From Octopus sinensis (Eukaryota): a stretch of 64,000 bases of DNA. The position numbers and the translations under genes were made by a program. The stretch covers positions 5,828,001 through 5,892,000 of the forward strand of contig NC_043008.1 in assembly GCF_006345805.1 (NCBI RefSeq). The letters run 5' to 3'. Positions 24,275 through 36,640 of this stretch are shown here, one piece after another. Within the stretch, counting starts at the first letter, position 1. The number at the start of each line of letters is the position of its first letter. The notes beneath the pieces are model-generated. The model did not search any database. It saw only the letters and a program-made list of their open reading frames with translations, and was not told where the DNA came from.

Positions 24275-25959
24275 GTAAACAAAGGTGTGCGTTGCGCTAC
24301 ATGGATGCATTAAAGATTGAACAGGCAGAACACAATGGGATAAAGATAGACTAAAGCAGAGCAAACGGGAAATTAAACGAAAATTTAACGGACGGGAAAT
24401 ATAGACAAAGACACGATACACAGAATATTCGCCGCTGAGTTTTCCTCGTTAGTCAAAGAGCCAAAATGTCATAGTGGTTTCGCGCCATTTTCATCGAGAC
24501 CACTCAATCATGGAGCTGTTATTAAGCTACTGGGGAAAAGCTAGCGAATGTATACTGAGACAGAAACAAATAAGACGTTATATAAATACAACAGGCGAAG
24601 AATTATGCATTTATACCAGCACGAAGCATTACGGCTATATACAGCACAAGAAAAGATGATAATGATTACAAATATAACAGAAAGAGTCTTGAATCTATCG
24701 AACAAACTTAGTGGGGTTGCGCAAGGTGAAATGGAGTAAGTCCTAATGGACGTAGCAGGAACCCAGATCAGCATGACCTGTGTGGTCAAAGGCAGGGCGA
24801 GCAAGAACAACACTGCCTTCACTGGATACCGGTTACGAGGTAGGGAAGAGGATGTATATATAGAGAGAGAGATGAAAAGAATGGTATACAGAGAGAGAGG
24901 GAGAACGAAGGAGCAGAAGGAGTGGAGAAACAGAGTGAAAGAGAGAGAAGAGAAAGTTACACACACATACATTCATGCATGCATGTCATATAGTGTGTGT
25001 ATGTATGTTGTACCTGACATACAAAGACAACGGCGTATTCTTATAAACTTAGTAATTTTCCAGTTGAGCGTGCTCTATGATTAATGAATTTCAAGACTTT
25101 CGCTGTTGTCTATGTACATGAAATAACTGGAAGCAATCAATTCAAAATGTACCATATAATCAGAAATATAGATACATTTACCCAAGTGTATCCTCTCTGG
25201 AGATTTCAATATAGCACACACACACACACACACTCACAAATTCTTAGGGGTTTATGTACTCATATATTTATGTAAATTTTCATACAAGCTGAGATAGTTT
25301 GAATAAAACCTGTGTGTAAGTGCATATATTTGCGTACAATGTAAAATAATCACATTTATCTAAATGTATGTTTTTATACCAACATATTCACACAAAATCA
25401 TACGGAAAATGAAATACAAAATTACAGAACTTTCTACACATTACGCTGATGAAGGGAAACAGAATTCCCCAGTTCCTGGAATATCTAAAAAGAGAAAGTT
25501 CAAACCATCTCAATAGATACGAAACATGGTAAAACAAAAATAGATAAAGGTGTCTAAAGAAAGACAAGGAAATAGTTCGTTCTCTGTTATAAGCGAACCA
25601 ATATATATAGCCTCACTGCAAAGAAATGGTAAATTGAATGAGACAAATTGATTATATCTATACGTAGTATCTGAATACAAGATTTGTTTAAAGATACCAA
25701 TAATGTCACGAACAATGAAATACTATACGGTTTTACAAATAAGAAATATTTAAGACCAGTTCTGATATATCATATTTTATATTGGAAATCTTCAATATTT
25801 TTACTTAATATACAAAGAGATAGTCAACTAAAGAAGTTGAGGAAAGGTTTGATGGAAAAATATCGTGTACATGTATGGTGGTTCAATGATAAAACGGAGA
25901 GTTTCTATTGCGAAAGAATAGATGAACCGAATGTGTAAATCTGTTTCAATTCCCCAAAT

Positions 25960-26560
25960 TGTATGAACAGTGATGGAGTCCGCTCAACAAGGACATATAG
26001 CTTTACGAAGTCATGAACAGCTTCGATTCTTGTATTACTTTTCTCTGTAGTTATAAGAGAAGTCAAAATAAATCCTTAGTCGTGCTTATTCAACATAGGA
26101 ACCCATCAATATTTATTCAATACTAATATCTATTCAGCTGTTTTCCTCAAGTAGAATAATGTAGTTCTAATGTAAAGATTTGTTGCCAAAGTAACATCAT
26201 TTTAGTGGTTATTATGGAAAAGAAAGTGCAGATGTGTCTTCTTTTGAATTAATATAGAGTTCTCAGTTTTCATGGACCTCAGATGTTCACTGGATCGGCC
26301 TTAATTCCAATTTCTAGTCTGGTAAGCGAATCAGCAAGACATCTTCAATAGATACGGTGACTTTTTCGTAAGAGGAATCGACCTCAACAATATCAGCAAA
26401 GAAAACATTTGTGAATTGCTCATATAATTCTGACCGCCATCACATTGTGATATCAGCTTACAGCTGGTTATACCATTCTGCTAATAGTTGTGCCAATATC
26501 GTTCATCTGGTAACACAATACAAAGCAATATTTTACCGTCTTATTTGGAAAAAGCTGCCT
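25960..26560 (-). mobile_element. Heavily decayed DNA-transposase remnant, probably hAT
   Basis: CVTR*TILAQLL (TRW motif with TGG>TGA), FFADIV...KLEL and ...DFVKLYVLVERTPS resemble hAT TRW, FL.DI...KL.LW and STY.CE..FS. Multiple stops. Confidence 0.4.
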
Positions 26561-27350
26561 TGTTATTCTTTAATTAAAAGCAATACCATACATACAGAAT
26601 GGAGAGGATGAGAATGTGAAGCTTTCATGATTTTATTTCTCTAATCAACATCATTAAATACAGTTGCAAAATATGGTAAAGAAAATTCTTGGTTGAGATT
26701 TCTCCCGCACCGATTTAGATATAGTCCATGTTTAACTTTAAATCGATTCCCTAATTCCTCTCTTGAAATACTGTGGAACTTCGCCACTTTGCCTTCATCG
26801 TTTTATTAGTCCCAGTTGTGAGGCTGCAAGCAAACAGGGACATTACCATCGGGAGATTTGTCGACCTTATCAACTCTTGTTTATGTTCGCCTGGTACTTA
26901 TTTATCGCTGTTTTATCTGGTACTATTGTTGTTCAGCGTGTTTTAAGCACTACAAGTATAAACAAGTGAATATAAACACACACAAACTCAGGCATAGATA
27001 CTAATACAGAGTGACAAATGTACACAAACACACAAAAGTATATATACACACACATGCACATACAAATACCAATAACGCGCAAAAGAGAAGGAAACAAAAG
27101 ACAATAACTCATGAACATAAAAAAACCCACAGAAAATAATACAAAAAACTAAGAAGGTGATGTTGATAGCCTTTCGAGTTGACCAAACATGGATGTGAAA
27201 GAAATATAAACAAATGAACAGAAAGATGAAGACAAAAAACAAAACATTGATATGGAACCCTGTTCTTCAGACGTCTACCAATTGCTGTACTCTTCTTTAA
27301 ACTTTAGCAGGTTTTGTCTTTTGCATTCGTCTCTTTGTGCATACGTTTTT

Positions 27351-27351
<1 letters not shown>

Positions 27352-27397
<46 letters not shown>

Positions 27398-27454
27398 ACA
27401 CACACACACACACACACGCACGCACGCACACACACACACACACGCACACACACG

Positions 27455-27487
<33 letters not shown>

Positions 27488-27490
27488 GTG
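27352..27490. repeat. (CA)n with a (CG)n patch
   Basis: Directly visible. Confidence 0.95.
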
Positions 27491-28391
27491 TGTACCCACG
27501 GCTGGTTCCTTCGTAGCTTCCATCTACCAAATTCCACTCATACATCATTGGTTATTTGCTTAAAAATATCAAATGTTGTGGCTGACAATTTAATTTTATA
27601 TAATAGTTCTTGTTTGTTATTTAATAATTAACTAATTAATAAATCGTATAATTTATTTTATGCATCCACTTAACGGTCATAAAATCTCGGTCAATCCACT
27701 CATTAGCATTTCCTAATTAAATATTCACTGTTCTGTTTTTACGTCGATTTCCTCGCCTCACCCGTCAGACGAATATTTCTGATATAGATTCATAATAAAC
27801 GGACATCAATTTGATATGAATTTATTTTAATTCATCTTAAAAATTGTTCAGCTACGAATAAAATTTGATGGCGTATAATGAAAGATTACCAAGGTGTAGA
27901 TGATAAAACGAGACTTGACAATAGAGAAACTATTCGTAGGAAATATATTTATTGCGAGATAAGAAATTTCATTTACGCTGTGCATGAATTGAATTCTTAC
28001 ACAGTATACACAAAAGCTGGTATTTATAAGGTTTTAAAACCTGACTGTGTAATGTTTGTCTTCCTCAATGTTATAAGTAGCGTAAGAAAAGAAATAAAAG
28101 TTAATCCGGATATATTGATAAACTTGCCAATATCTCATCGTAGAACTATATTTGCGATCACCCATTGAAACCAATGATTCAGGCGATCTTGTCCCACCGT
28201 GTTGCGAAGATGAGTTTTTAATCTTATGAGGGTACAATAAGCTTCTCAGAAGAACAAGACATGGCAGGATTCACGGTAAAATTTTCCCTGCAGTTTGAAG
28301 GAAATATTGAATGTTGGGAAGCTAATGTCTCTGTCCAAAAAATTGACGAGTGCAATTGTTCAAAGTTCCTTTTGGATAAGACTACCTAAAA

Positions 28392-29049
28392 CAGTGGTAT
28401 TCAACCGGAGTCCATAGTGGAGACATATGGCCTAGTGGTTAGAGCAGCGAACTCGCAGTCGAGGGATCGCGGGTTCGAATCTCAGACCGGGCGATGTGCG
28501 TGTTTATGAGCAAAAGCACCTAAGCTCCACATGGCTCTGGCAGAAGGTAATGGCGAACTTATGTTGACTCTTTCGCCACAATTTTCTCTCACTCTTTCCT
28601 CCTGCATCTTGCAGCTCACCTGCGACGGACTGGCGTCCCATCCAGGTGGGGAACCTATACGCCAAAGAAACTAGGAAACCGGCCCTAATGAGCCAGGCGT
28701 GGCTCGAGAAGGAACAAACAACTGGAGTCCATATGGCTCCTGAGGGCCCATGTAAGATATTTGAGAGTCAGCATAACAAAATAGTAAATTGGGGATCTAC
28801 AAAAGTATTTTAAGGGTCCCTAAAAATATTGCTCTAGATGTATGTACTGGTGTGTATTGCAAGTAACAGCGAGGTTTCTTTCTCTGACATTTTGCATCGT
28901 TCAGCCTACACAAGTGATAAAGCAAAATAGAAATTTTGAAAGAAGTTTCTATAAAAATAGTTTTTAAACACCAAATAGCTATGGGGGTCCACCAGAACAG
29001 AATAGTAATCAAAGGGAAGTTCATAGATAAAAATGATTGAGAACTCCTG
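28392..29049. mobile_element. hAT-like MITE hosting a SINE
   Basis: Left CAGTGGTATTCAACC; right end reverse-complements to CAGGAGTTCTCAATC. A related copy of its right part lies at ~29755-29975. Confidence 0.65.
28417..28718 (+). mobile_element. SINE family C, full length, with a 15-bp TSD
   Basis: tRNA head with A/B boxes and (AAC)-rich end. CAAC(C/T)GGAGTCCATA at 28402-28416 and 28719-28733. Confidence 0.92.
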
Positions 29050-29119
29050 CTCTATGTATTTGATTTCAATCTATTTTCCATCAAAATGTATTTGTTAAAG
29101 TAAAAGGTGCGAAGTTCAA

Positions 29120-29517
29120 GGCGGCGAGCTGGCAGAATCGTTAGCACGCCGGGCGAAATGCATAGCGGTATTTCGTCTGCCGCTACGTTCTGAGTTCAAA
29201 TTACGCCGGGGTCGTATTTGCCTTTCAACCTTTCGGGGTCGATTAAATAAGTACCAGTTACGCACTAGGGTTGATGTAATCGACTTAATCCGTTTGTCTG
29301 TCCTTGTTTGTCCCCTCTGTGTTTAGCCCCTTGTGGGTAGTAAAGAAATAGGTGTTTCGTCTGCCGTTACGTTCTGAGTTCAAACTCTGCCGAGGTCGAC
29401 TTTGCCTTTCATCCTTTCGGGGTCGATAAATTAAGTACCAATTACGCACTGGGGTCGATCTAATCGACTGGCCCCCTCCACAAAATGTTCGGGCCTTGTG
29501 CCTAGAGTAGAAAAGAA
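29120..29517 (+). mobile_element. SINE family B head-to-tail dimer (full tail-1 unit plus truncated tail-2 unit)
   Basis: Unit 1 at 29120-29353, unit 2 at 29355-29517. GAAGTTCA flanks both ends (29111-29118 and 29525-29532). Confidence 0.85.
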
Positions 29518-29619
29518 AAGACGAGAAGTTCATGGATGGACTTCGTTTTATCATAAGTCTTCCATTTAAGATCCGATCGAGGGTAAAACAACTATAATGA
29601 CTTTCTTAAGCCTAAAGTC

Positions 29620-29693
29620 ATGTCTAGGTGGGTGGTGCGAGGCTATTTAAGTTTAAAATGTCTAGGTGGGTGGTGCGAGGCTATTTAAGTTTA
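29620..29693. repeat. Perfect 36-bp direct tandem duplication
   Basis: ATGTCTAGGTGGGTGGTGCGAGGCTATTTAAGTTTA at 29620-29655 and 29658-29693. Confidence 0.95.
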
Positions 29694-32600
29694 GAGTACC
29701 TATCCTGATCAGTGATAGAAAGCCTCGATTATCGTATAGACGAGATGTTCAAAATAGGAATTTGAAAAGATGTTTCTCTAAAGCTTTTTTTAATCACTAA
29801 ATGGCTATGGGGATCCACCAAAATATAACAGTAATCAAAGGGGTCCATAGACCTAAAACCTCTGATTTATGTGATCGGCCGTATGCATGTGTGCGTCTAT
29901 GTAAAGATGGTGCGAAGACATACGGCCATGGCAAAAATTGATCTCTTCTGTTATCAGCTCCTGCCTTTCTCCCAAATTCTTGCATAGGATCCTCTCTGTA
30001 TTTACTTTTTCTGGAACGTGGATTAGGAAATCTACGTCAATTCTGGTTAAGCTAGGAGCTAATTTGCATAATAGTTTTAATACGATGTTTAGTAAATTGT
30101 TTAAACATAGACTGACGTTTGTCCTGCAACATTTAAGCATAATTTTAAATAAAATGGTTAGGGGACCTTCAAATATGGTGTATGGAAGCCCCTTGAGTTG
30201 TTATTGTTGCTAATATTGTATTACTACCGAAAGATCTCTGTTAAAGTAGTTGAGTTGTCTCGCAATACTAAACCCGTCACGTCCTCTCTTTCGCACCACA
30301 AATAAAACTAGAAAATTCACTGCCGGTTGCAAAAAACAAACAAAAAAAACCTGTAACATTTAGTTTATTGGCGCAAATGATTTTTCATGTCAGTTTAGCG
30401 TTGGAATGTTGTAGAAAAGAGTAAAGGTGTTTTGAAAAAGAATATTTTATGAGTCTTTCCTGAGATAAAGAAAATATCTTTTTTTTTAAATTCTTCAAAA
30501 ATTTTGCACCATAATATCAAAAATATGGTAACGTTACATACTTGAGGCGAGTGAGAATTGGTTGGTCGTAATTTTTCAGAAGTTTCTACAACAATGTTTC
30601 TCGGCTATTTCATCTTTGGAGAATTCCACAAATAAATTTCATGACTGAAGAAATCTCTTCCAAACAATTATTATGTACTTTTACTCTTCCTTTCCTTTCT
30701 TTTTTTTTTCATGGAGTTAAATCTCATAAAGCAAAGAATATTTTTTTTCTAATAGCAATATATTTTAAGCAATATATTTTAAAGAATTTTTGTTTTTTCT
30801 GATAATTCGTTTTAGCGAAAAAAAAAAAGAGAGGAAAATATCGTTTCTTTTAAAATTTATTTAGAATGCAAAAAATAACAGAAATTAAACTGCTTGTCCA
30901 TGAGACTGCTTTCATTAACAAAGCTTGCATAAATAACCGACCTCGTGTACAACGCGCATTAACAGAATGTAATAGATAACTAAAACGAGAGAGAGAAAGA
31001 GAGAGACAAAGACAAAGAGAGAGAAAAAATAACAAAGAGTTTTCTTACAGTAATAAAAACATACATAAACAAGACCTCGTAATAAGTTAATCAAAATAGA
31101 CATAAATATGCTTAAAATTATAAAATCCATATAACATCTGTAAATGATGAGTAAAAACGAAAAACGAAAAAATAACGTGAATAATGGGCGTCTGTACCTG
31201 CACACTAGAAAACACAGGTAGAAATGATGGGAAAACAGGGCTGTAGAATCTGAATATATATATATATGTGTGTGTGTGTAAGTACAGTAATAAATGGAGA
31301 AATGGTTTGGTCCAATCCCGGAGGACAGATCAAAGGAGAAAATTTTAATTTCGGTCTCATGTTTTTTAATGTGGAAGTTCTTTAAAAATACTTTCATGTG
31401 GTTGTGTCCGCGCGCGTGTGCGAGAGAGTCTTCCGTATGTATTTATATATTATGTATATTGAAAGACTTTTAAAAACTATGTTCCTAAAAATAAGATGTT
31501 TATAGATGAAAGTTAATTTTCTTTCTCTCACTTCCAAGAAATAGCGGATCATGTACTGAATGCACCTAGTAAGGAAGAGCCATGATTTCCCAGGTTAACC
31601 ACTAATCAATCGTGAACGAAAACAATTCAATTGGTCCATTATGTTTCCAAAATATTTCAAAAGTTTAATTGAATAGTTTTAGACTAGAAATCGCTATTTC
31701 CCATGTAATAACTGTTCACTTTAGGGCAACACGTGTTTGAAAAAACTCTGGCTCTGAATTGTAAACGATCCAACTAAACTGTTGACGAATGTTAAGGTGT
31801 TCTTTTTATATAGAGATGTCTTTTGTATTACACAACGAGGATTGCTGTTATGAAATCAGTGTCTACATCCCACAAAATACACCGGAAACAGTTTGTGAAT
31901 TTTGTCTCACGATTGCTAAACTACTAACGTTCTTCGAAGAAAAGAAAACTATAAATTCCATGAATTTCTTCCAGGTTGTAATTATTATTTCTATCTATAA
32001 GAAATTTCCGCTTCATGAAATGATTAATTAACACATTACAGGTTATGTCATACTAATGAGTTCTAAAAAGAATGAAATAACGTTTTACGTGATTAACATT
32101 CACTAGAAACTTTTAAAAATTCGTAATAAGTAAAGAAAAATTAAATTTGTATTCTATGCGTCTCATTTCTTATTCCTTAATTTCAAACTCCAGTTTTTAA
32201 TCCCATCGAATATTACGAAGAAATAATTTTCTCTTGTAATAACTTTCCACTAGGGGGCGACACTTGCTTAAAAGAAAGGGAATTTATGAAAGAAATATTA
32301 TAAACAAATTTAAGTTCGCTCAAGTTCCTGTTGCCTCTCTTCTTCTAAGGCAACAATAAAGAATATACTTATAATACTTATAAAGCTAATAAATATATTT
32401 CATATTTCTTTTAACATTTTTCGTCATGAGAATTTTTATTTCTACGAAAGGATAGAAATTACGGACGCTTTTCTTTACTTAGGTTTTATTTTCTTCTTTT
32501 ACATTTTTTGGTTCTTTTTCTTAAGCTTTATTATTACGATGTTGGGATTTGTGATATGAGACACAACTAAGAGGTGAGGATCTGGTACATAATTCGAAGT

Positions 32601-34381
32601 ATTAAAGAGTTTCTGAAAATATTATGCGTTGTTAAAAAATGACCATTCTTCAATGTATTTTAGATAAAATCCTTACACGTGTTCACCTTCATTTATTTAC
32701 TTTTTGTGCCTTCATTCAGTGTGTTTTTTTATATATACTTTCATGATGTGCAATAGTTAACGCCTTGTGAAAGTTTCCGTTTTTCTACTCTCTCAATTTT
32801 ATTTAAAAAAGCAAAAGAAATTTTTGATACGTAGATCATTACTCAAGTGGCTTTCTAATTAAGGGACAACAGCAACGATAAAAGTTAAGGATTAAACACT
32901 TCATGAGATTAAGCAAGTTATCAAAAAGTTTAGCAGTGCTTAATAAATTTTCGAAAAGAAGGATGAAAAAATTTTGTCATTTTGTTTAAAACCAAATTTC
33001 CCATCAATTTCACATTAAAAGTCACTTTTCCAGTAGGGTCTCCTTACTATCGATAGATTCCAGGATTTCCCTACTTTAGGGAATATGTTGCGCAGATATA
33101 ATAAAATGATAATTATAAAACTAAATATTAAAATGACTGCAAGTCCTTTTGTATGTCATTAGCTTATTTATTATTATTTCTCGCGGGAGCCTTAGCAATC
33201 TCACGGAAACTTAGGGCACCGGCGCACCTGGTCGGGAATGCTTATCTACAACCTGTGTGTGTATGTTCGCGAGATGTTTGTGTATGTGTGCGCGTATATG
33301 TATTAAACAGGACATAGTTGGTGTTTCTGGGGGGGGGGTGACGTCGATGGAGCTTACTATGATTATGGCGATGGCTTTCGGTATCCTCCCACCATATTAT
33401 CTTCTTTTGTCATAGCGACCAGATACAAAAACAATATCCGACCTTCTCTGTGAAAAGAAAATGGCAGAGCAAAGTTTTCGATGGGTCACTTAAACAAATT
33501 AATTCTTCTCAGACGATACATCAACAGTCAACATAAAGGGGTCGTGGACAAATGATAAGATCGACTAAAACAGTTTTTTTCCGTTGCATCCCATCTTCTA
33601 TAATGCTTCACCTGAAAGTGTTGCATTTCGCCTCTTCTTCCTTACAATATGGGCGTTCTTGAATTTCCCTGTCACAAACTTCACAACCACCATTAAAGGG
33701 TAAAACATTTATTTTTACAGCAGATAAGTAAACAGTGATTTCAAGTCTGAGAATTAGAGCCATTTACTCTTAAGTTTAAATTGAAATATATAAAGACAAG
33801 ACAGAAAGAAAGAAAGATAGATAGATTAGCGAGCTAGATAGATAGATCAGTGGATAGGAGAAAACGATTCACCACTGGAAACAATTCTCCACTGATAACA
33901 TTGTTGGAAAATATCTCTCACTTTGCATTTATAAATGTAACGGAATTGGAAGTTAAATTATGCAGCCGTATAAATACCAGATAACATTTATTTCAGTTTC
34001 GACTGAGATTTAAGTTTCTGCTTTGCAATAAGGCTTCACATTTATATAAATGAATGATATTTGAAGGAGGAACGGGATCTTTTCGTTCAGAAGTGTATTG
34101 GTGTGTTCGAGAACAGCAGCTAAAAATAATCATTCTTAATTAAGCTTTCATTATTTTGACAGTTTCATCGGAAAAAGGTGATAAGTTGTCAAGCATATTG
34201 ATAGAACCATCACCGCTTCTGCACTACGTCATCAACCTCAATACTTATCTTTAATAACAACCCATTCCTACAAACAGTTTGTAGCGTATCTGATATCCTC
34301 ACTGTCTGAGAGACACAATAAGAATGATCTCGTTTGAGATTACAACCATCTTTGGCTAGTTTGGCCCTGTTGTGTCCACTG

Positions 34382-34530
34382 ATCTGATTGGTTGACAATC
34401 AGATTAGTGCGTCCGTCTCCCTACTTATTTCGCACCACTGTGTAAAGCCAACCAATCACAGTCTTCGAGTAAGATGCCCTTCTTTGAGCCATTTTAGCTC
34501 TTTAAATAAGCCAGCATTTTCACTATTCTC
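34382..34530 (+). promoter_or_regulatory. Candidate Pol II core promoter (two NF-Y CCAAT boxes and a TATA-like element)
   Basis: CTGATTGGTT at 34384-34393 (reverse complement AACCAATCAG), AACCAATCA at 34450-34458, TTTAAATAAG at 34501-34510. Pyrimidine-rich initiator-like sequence at ~34520-34530. Confidence 0.4.
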
Positions 34531-35879
34531 CGTCTTTCGGCTCCAGACCTTTTCAGGTCTAGTCACTGTTCCAGTTCCAGCGACAGACGACCAGCCTGCC
34601 AGCCATGCCCTTGCTCCAGCTATGAAGACGCTATTATATAACAGCGACAGACAGAACGTTTTCTTTTTTTTTTAGGGGTCACCAACGCTACAAGTTAATA
34701 TCTACCATGTGTGGGTACGTTTCACGCGGTAATCAATAGTGGAATAAACATTTGATGAATATCATAGGTCTGTCAAAGAATCCTTCCATGATTACAACAT
34801 AATCGTGAGACTTAACTATAAGTGATAAACTAATGGTTTGAAATATTTTAGCATGTCCTTTTATGAAGCTAAGATGTTAGCAATAATATCAAAAGTGTCG
34901 CCAGAGTTAAACTGTCAATTCAAAGCCTGGCTCTATTGGAAACGCTCGCCAATGTAGCAGCATAAATTGTTGCTTATGGGAAGAGCGAAATACTAGCAGT
35001 TACAAATAATTTACTGGAACAAGTAAAGCCGATTTCATGGTATACGCATATTTTCCTTCCAGTTTATATAACAACTGTAATGAAGAATTCATTCTCCGAG
35101 ATGTTCTCTATCATGAATCACTCACTTGAGTTGATGCGACACTCGAAATCCTTCTATAATTTATTGATTTACTGAGGTAAGACAAGTCGATGTTTTCTCA
35201 CAGAACACGGCATTTATTCACGTACAAGACCTCATATGTTTTATCTACTTTTTATCTGAGAAAGAAAATCTTAATAGAGCAACTGATATATCTATGAATA
35301 GTAATTGTTACTGAATAGTAAATGTTATATCTATGAATACGTTATACCTATGAATAGTAACATGCTATAGGTACGGAAACAGGATGTACAGAACATGATA
35401 ATAAGGTCATAAATTTAGACGTCAAATATACTCTGAATATAAATGGAAATGAGAAAGAATTTAGCAATGTACTAGCAGTTGTACGTTAATGTCTTGTACT
35501 ATAAATTTTATATTTGTGCAGAGTCAAGGATGCAGAAACTGAAAGGATTATCCATCAACTTCCCCAAGTTAGTGATATTATTTGGGTTCAGAACTGCTGC
35601 TAAGGTAATGTTGCTACGTTTCATGTCTTTGCGTAGAATGTATTTACTAGGTTGGATAGAAAGTTCAATCGCATTTCAAAACTGGAAAGAAACAATGCTT
35701 CTTTAGTCATAATTAATAAAATTAATCAAGATGATATTTCCTCTCCCTATAACATAATCCCATCTCTCTGCGAAATTGCTGACACCTCCGGCATAAAATT
35801 CTTCAAGTTTCGAGGCAAAGAAACACCTAATTTTAAAGACATTGATAATTAATAAATTGTTTACCCTTTAAATAATGTT

Positions 35880-36640
35880 GTAATGATCTGAAAAGACGAT
35901 TGTCGGGTGGATCAAGGCCAAAAAAAGTAAGGAAGATAAGGCAAATCTTTCTGCAATTTTTTTGTGCAATGCTTCCGATTGACAACAATATTTCTCCGCA
36001 TTAACCGTTTCACTTTGGTGTAACACTTCATGATAGGCGACACCTTTCCTACCCCACAAACAGAACATAACATTTTCGGTCGTAGTACTGGTTTAGGGAT
36101 GGATTTTCCTTTTTCATTGCGTGTTAGCCATAATCGTTTTCGTTGGATTTGAGTATAGAGACCCTACTTTTCCTTACTTGCAATAATTCTTCACATGATG
36201 GGTCTGGTAGCAAGTCTATTCTTCGATTACAAGTAAAGGACAACTATTAGATTAAGCTGAAAAGCTGTTATATGGTGAGGGACACATTGACCAAATTGGG
36301 ACATGTTTCCTAGCTCATAAGGATGTTTTAAGACCGTAGTGTGAGTTGAATTGAACTATTTTGTTAACTCTCGTGCAGTTTGCCATAGATTTTCTCAGAT
36401 ACGACTTTCAAAAGCTTAATATTAACAGAGCCTGGTCATCTCGATCGAGAGGAGTCTGCAGGAAAACCTTCCCGAGCAAAACTGTCCAGACCCCTGTTTA
36501 CATGTTCGGACATTTAAAGCTTCATTTCTATAGATAGAACGAATTTTTCTTGTTGCTGCTATTGAAGAGAAATACCTTTTGTATTCGCGCAACATGAAGA
36601 GTCTGATATGCGTCTGATCTAAACTCGGGTGTAAAATCGA
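35880..36640 (-). mobile_element. Mariner transposase relic
   Basis: N-terminal HTH (DQTHIRLFMLREYK...AATRKIRSIYRNEALNVRTC...F.SGRFS) within the 152-aa ORF at 36422-36880. KGVAYHEVLHQSETVNAEKYC catalytic-region motif at 35868-36068. Confidence 0.8.

Noticed and set aside
29620-29693. Direct repeats as a CRISPR-like array (also 6482-6524 and 38201-38238)
   Set aside because: Only two adjacent copies, no spacers, eukaryotic context.
30300-33200. Long AT-rich stretch (similarly 59250-60650 and 62550-64000)
   Set aside because: No recognisable coding, repeat or structural signal. Treated as ordinary intronic or intergenic DNA.
35120-35155. GAGT...ACTC-GAAA hairpin resembling the second half of a hammerhead
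   Set aside because: No CTGANGA box upstream.
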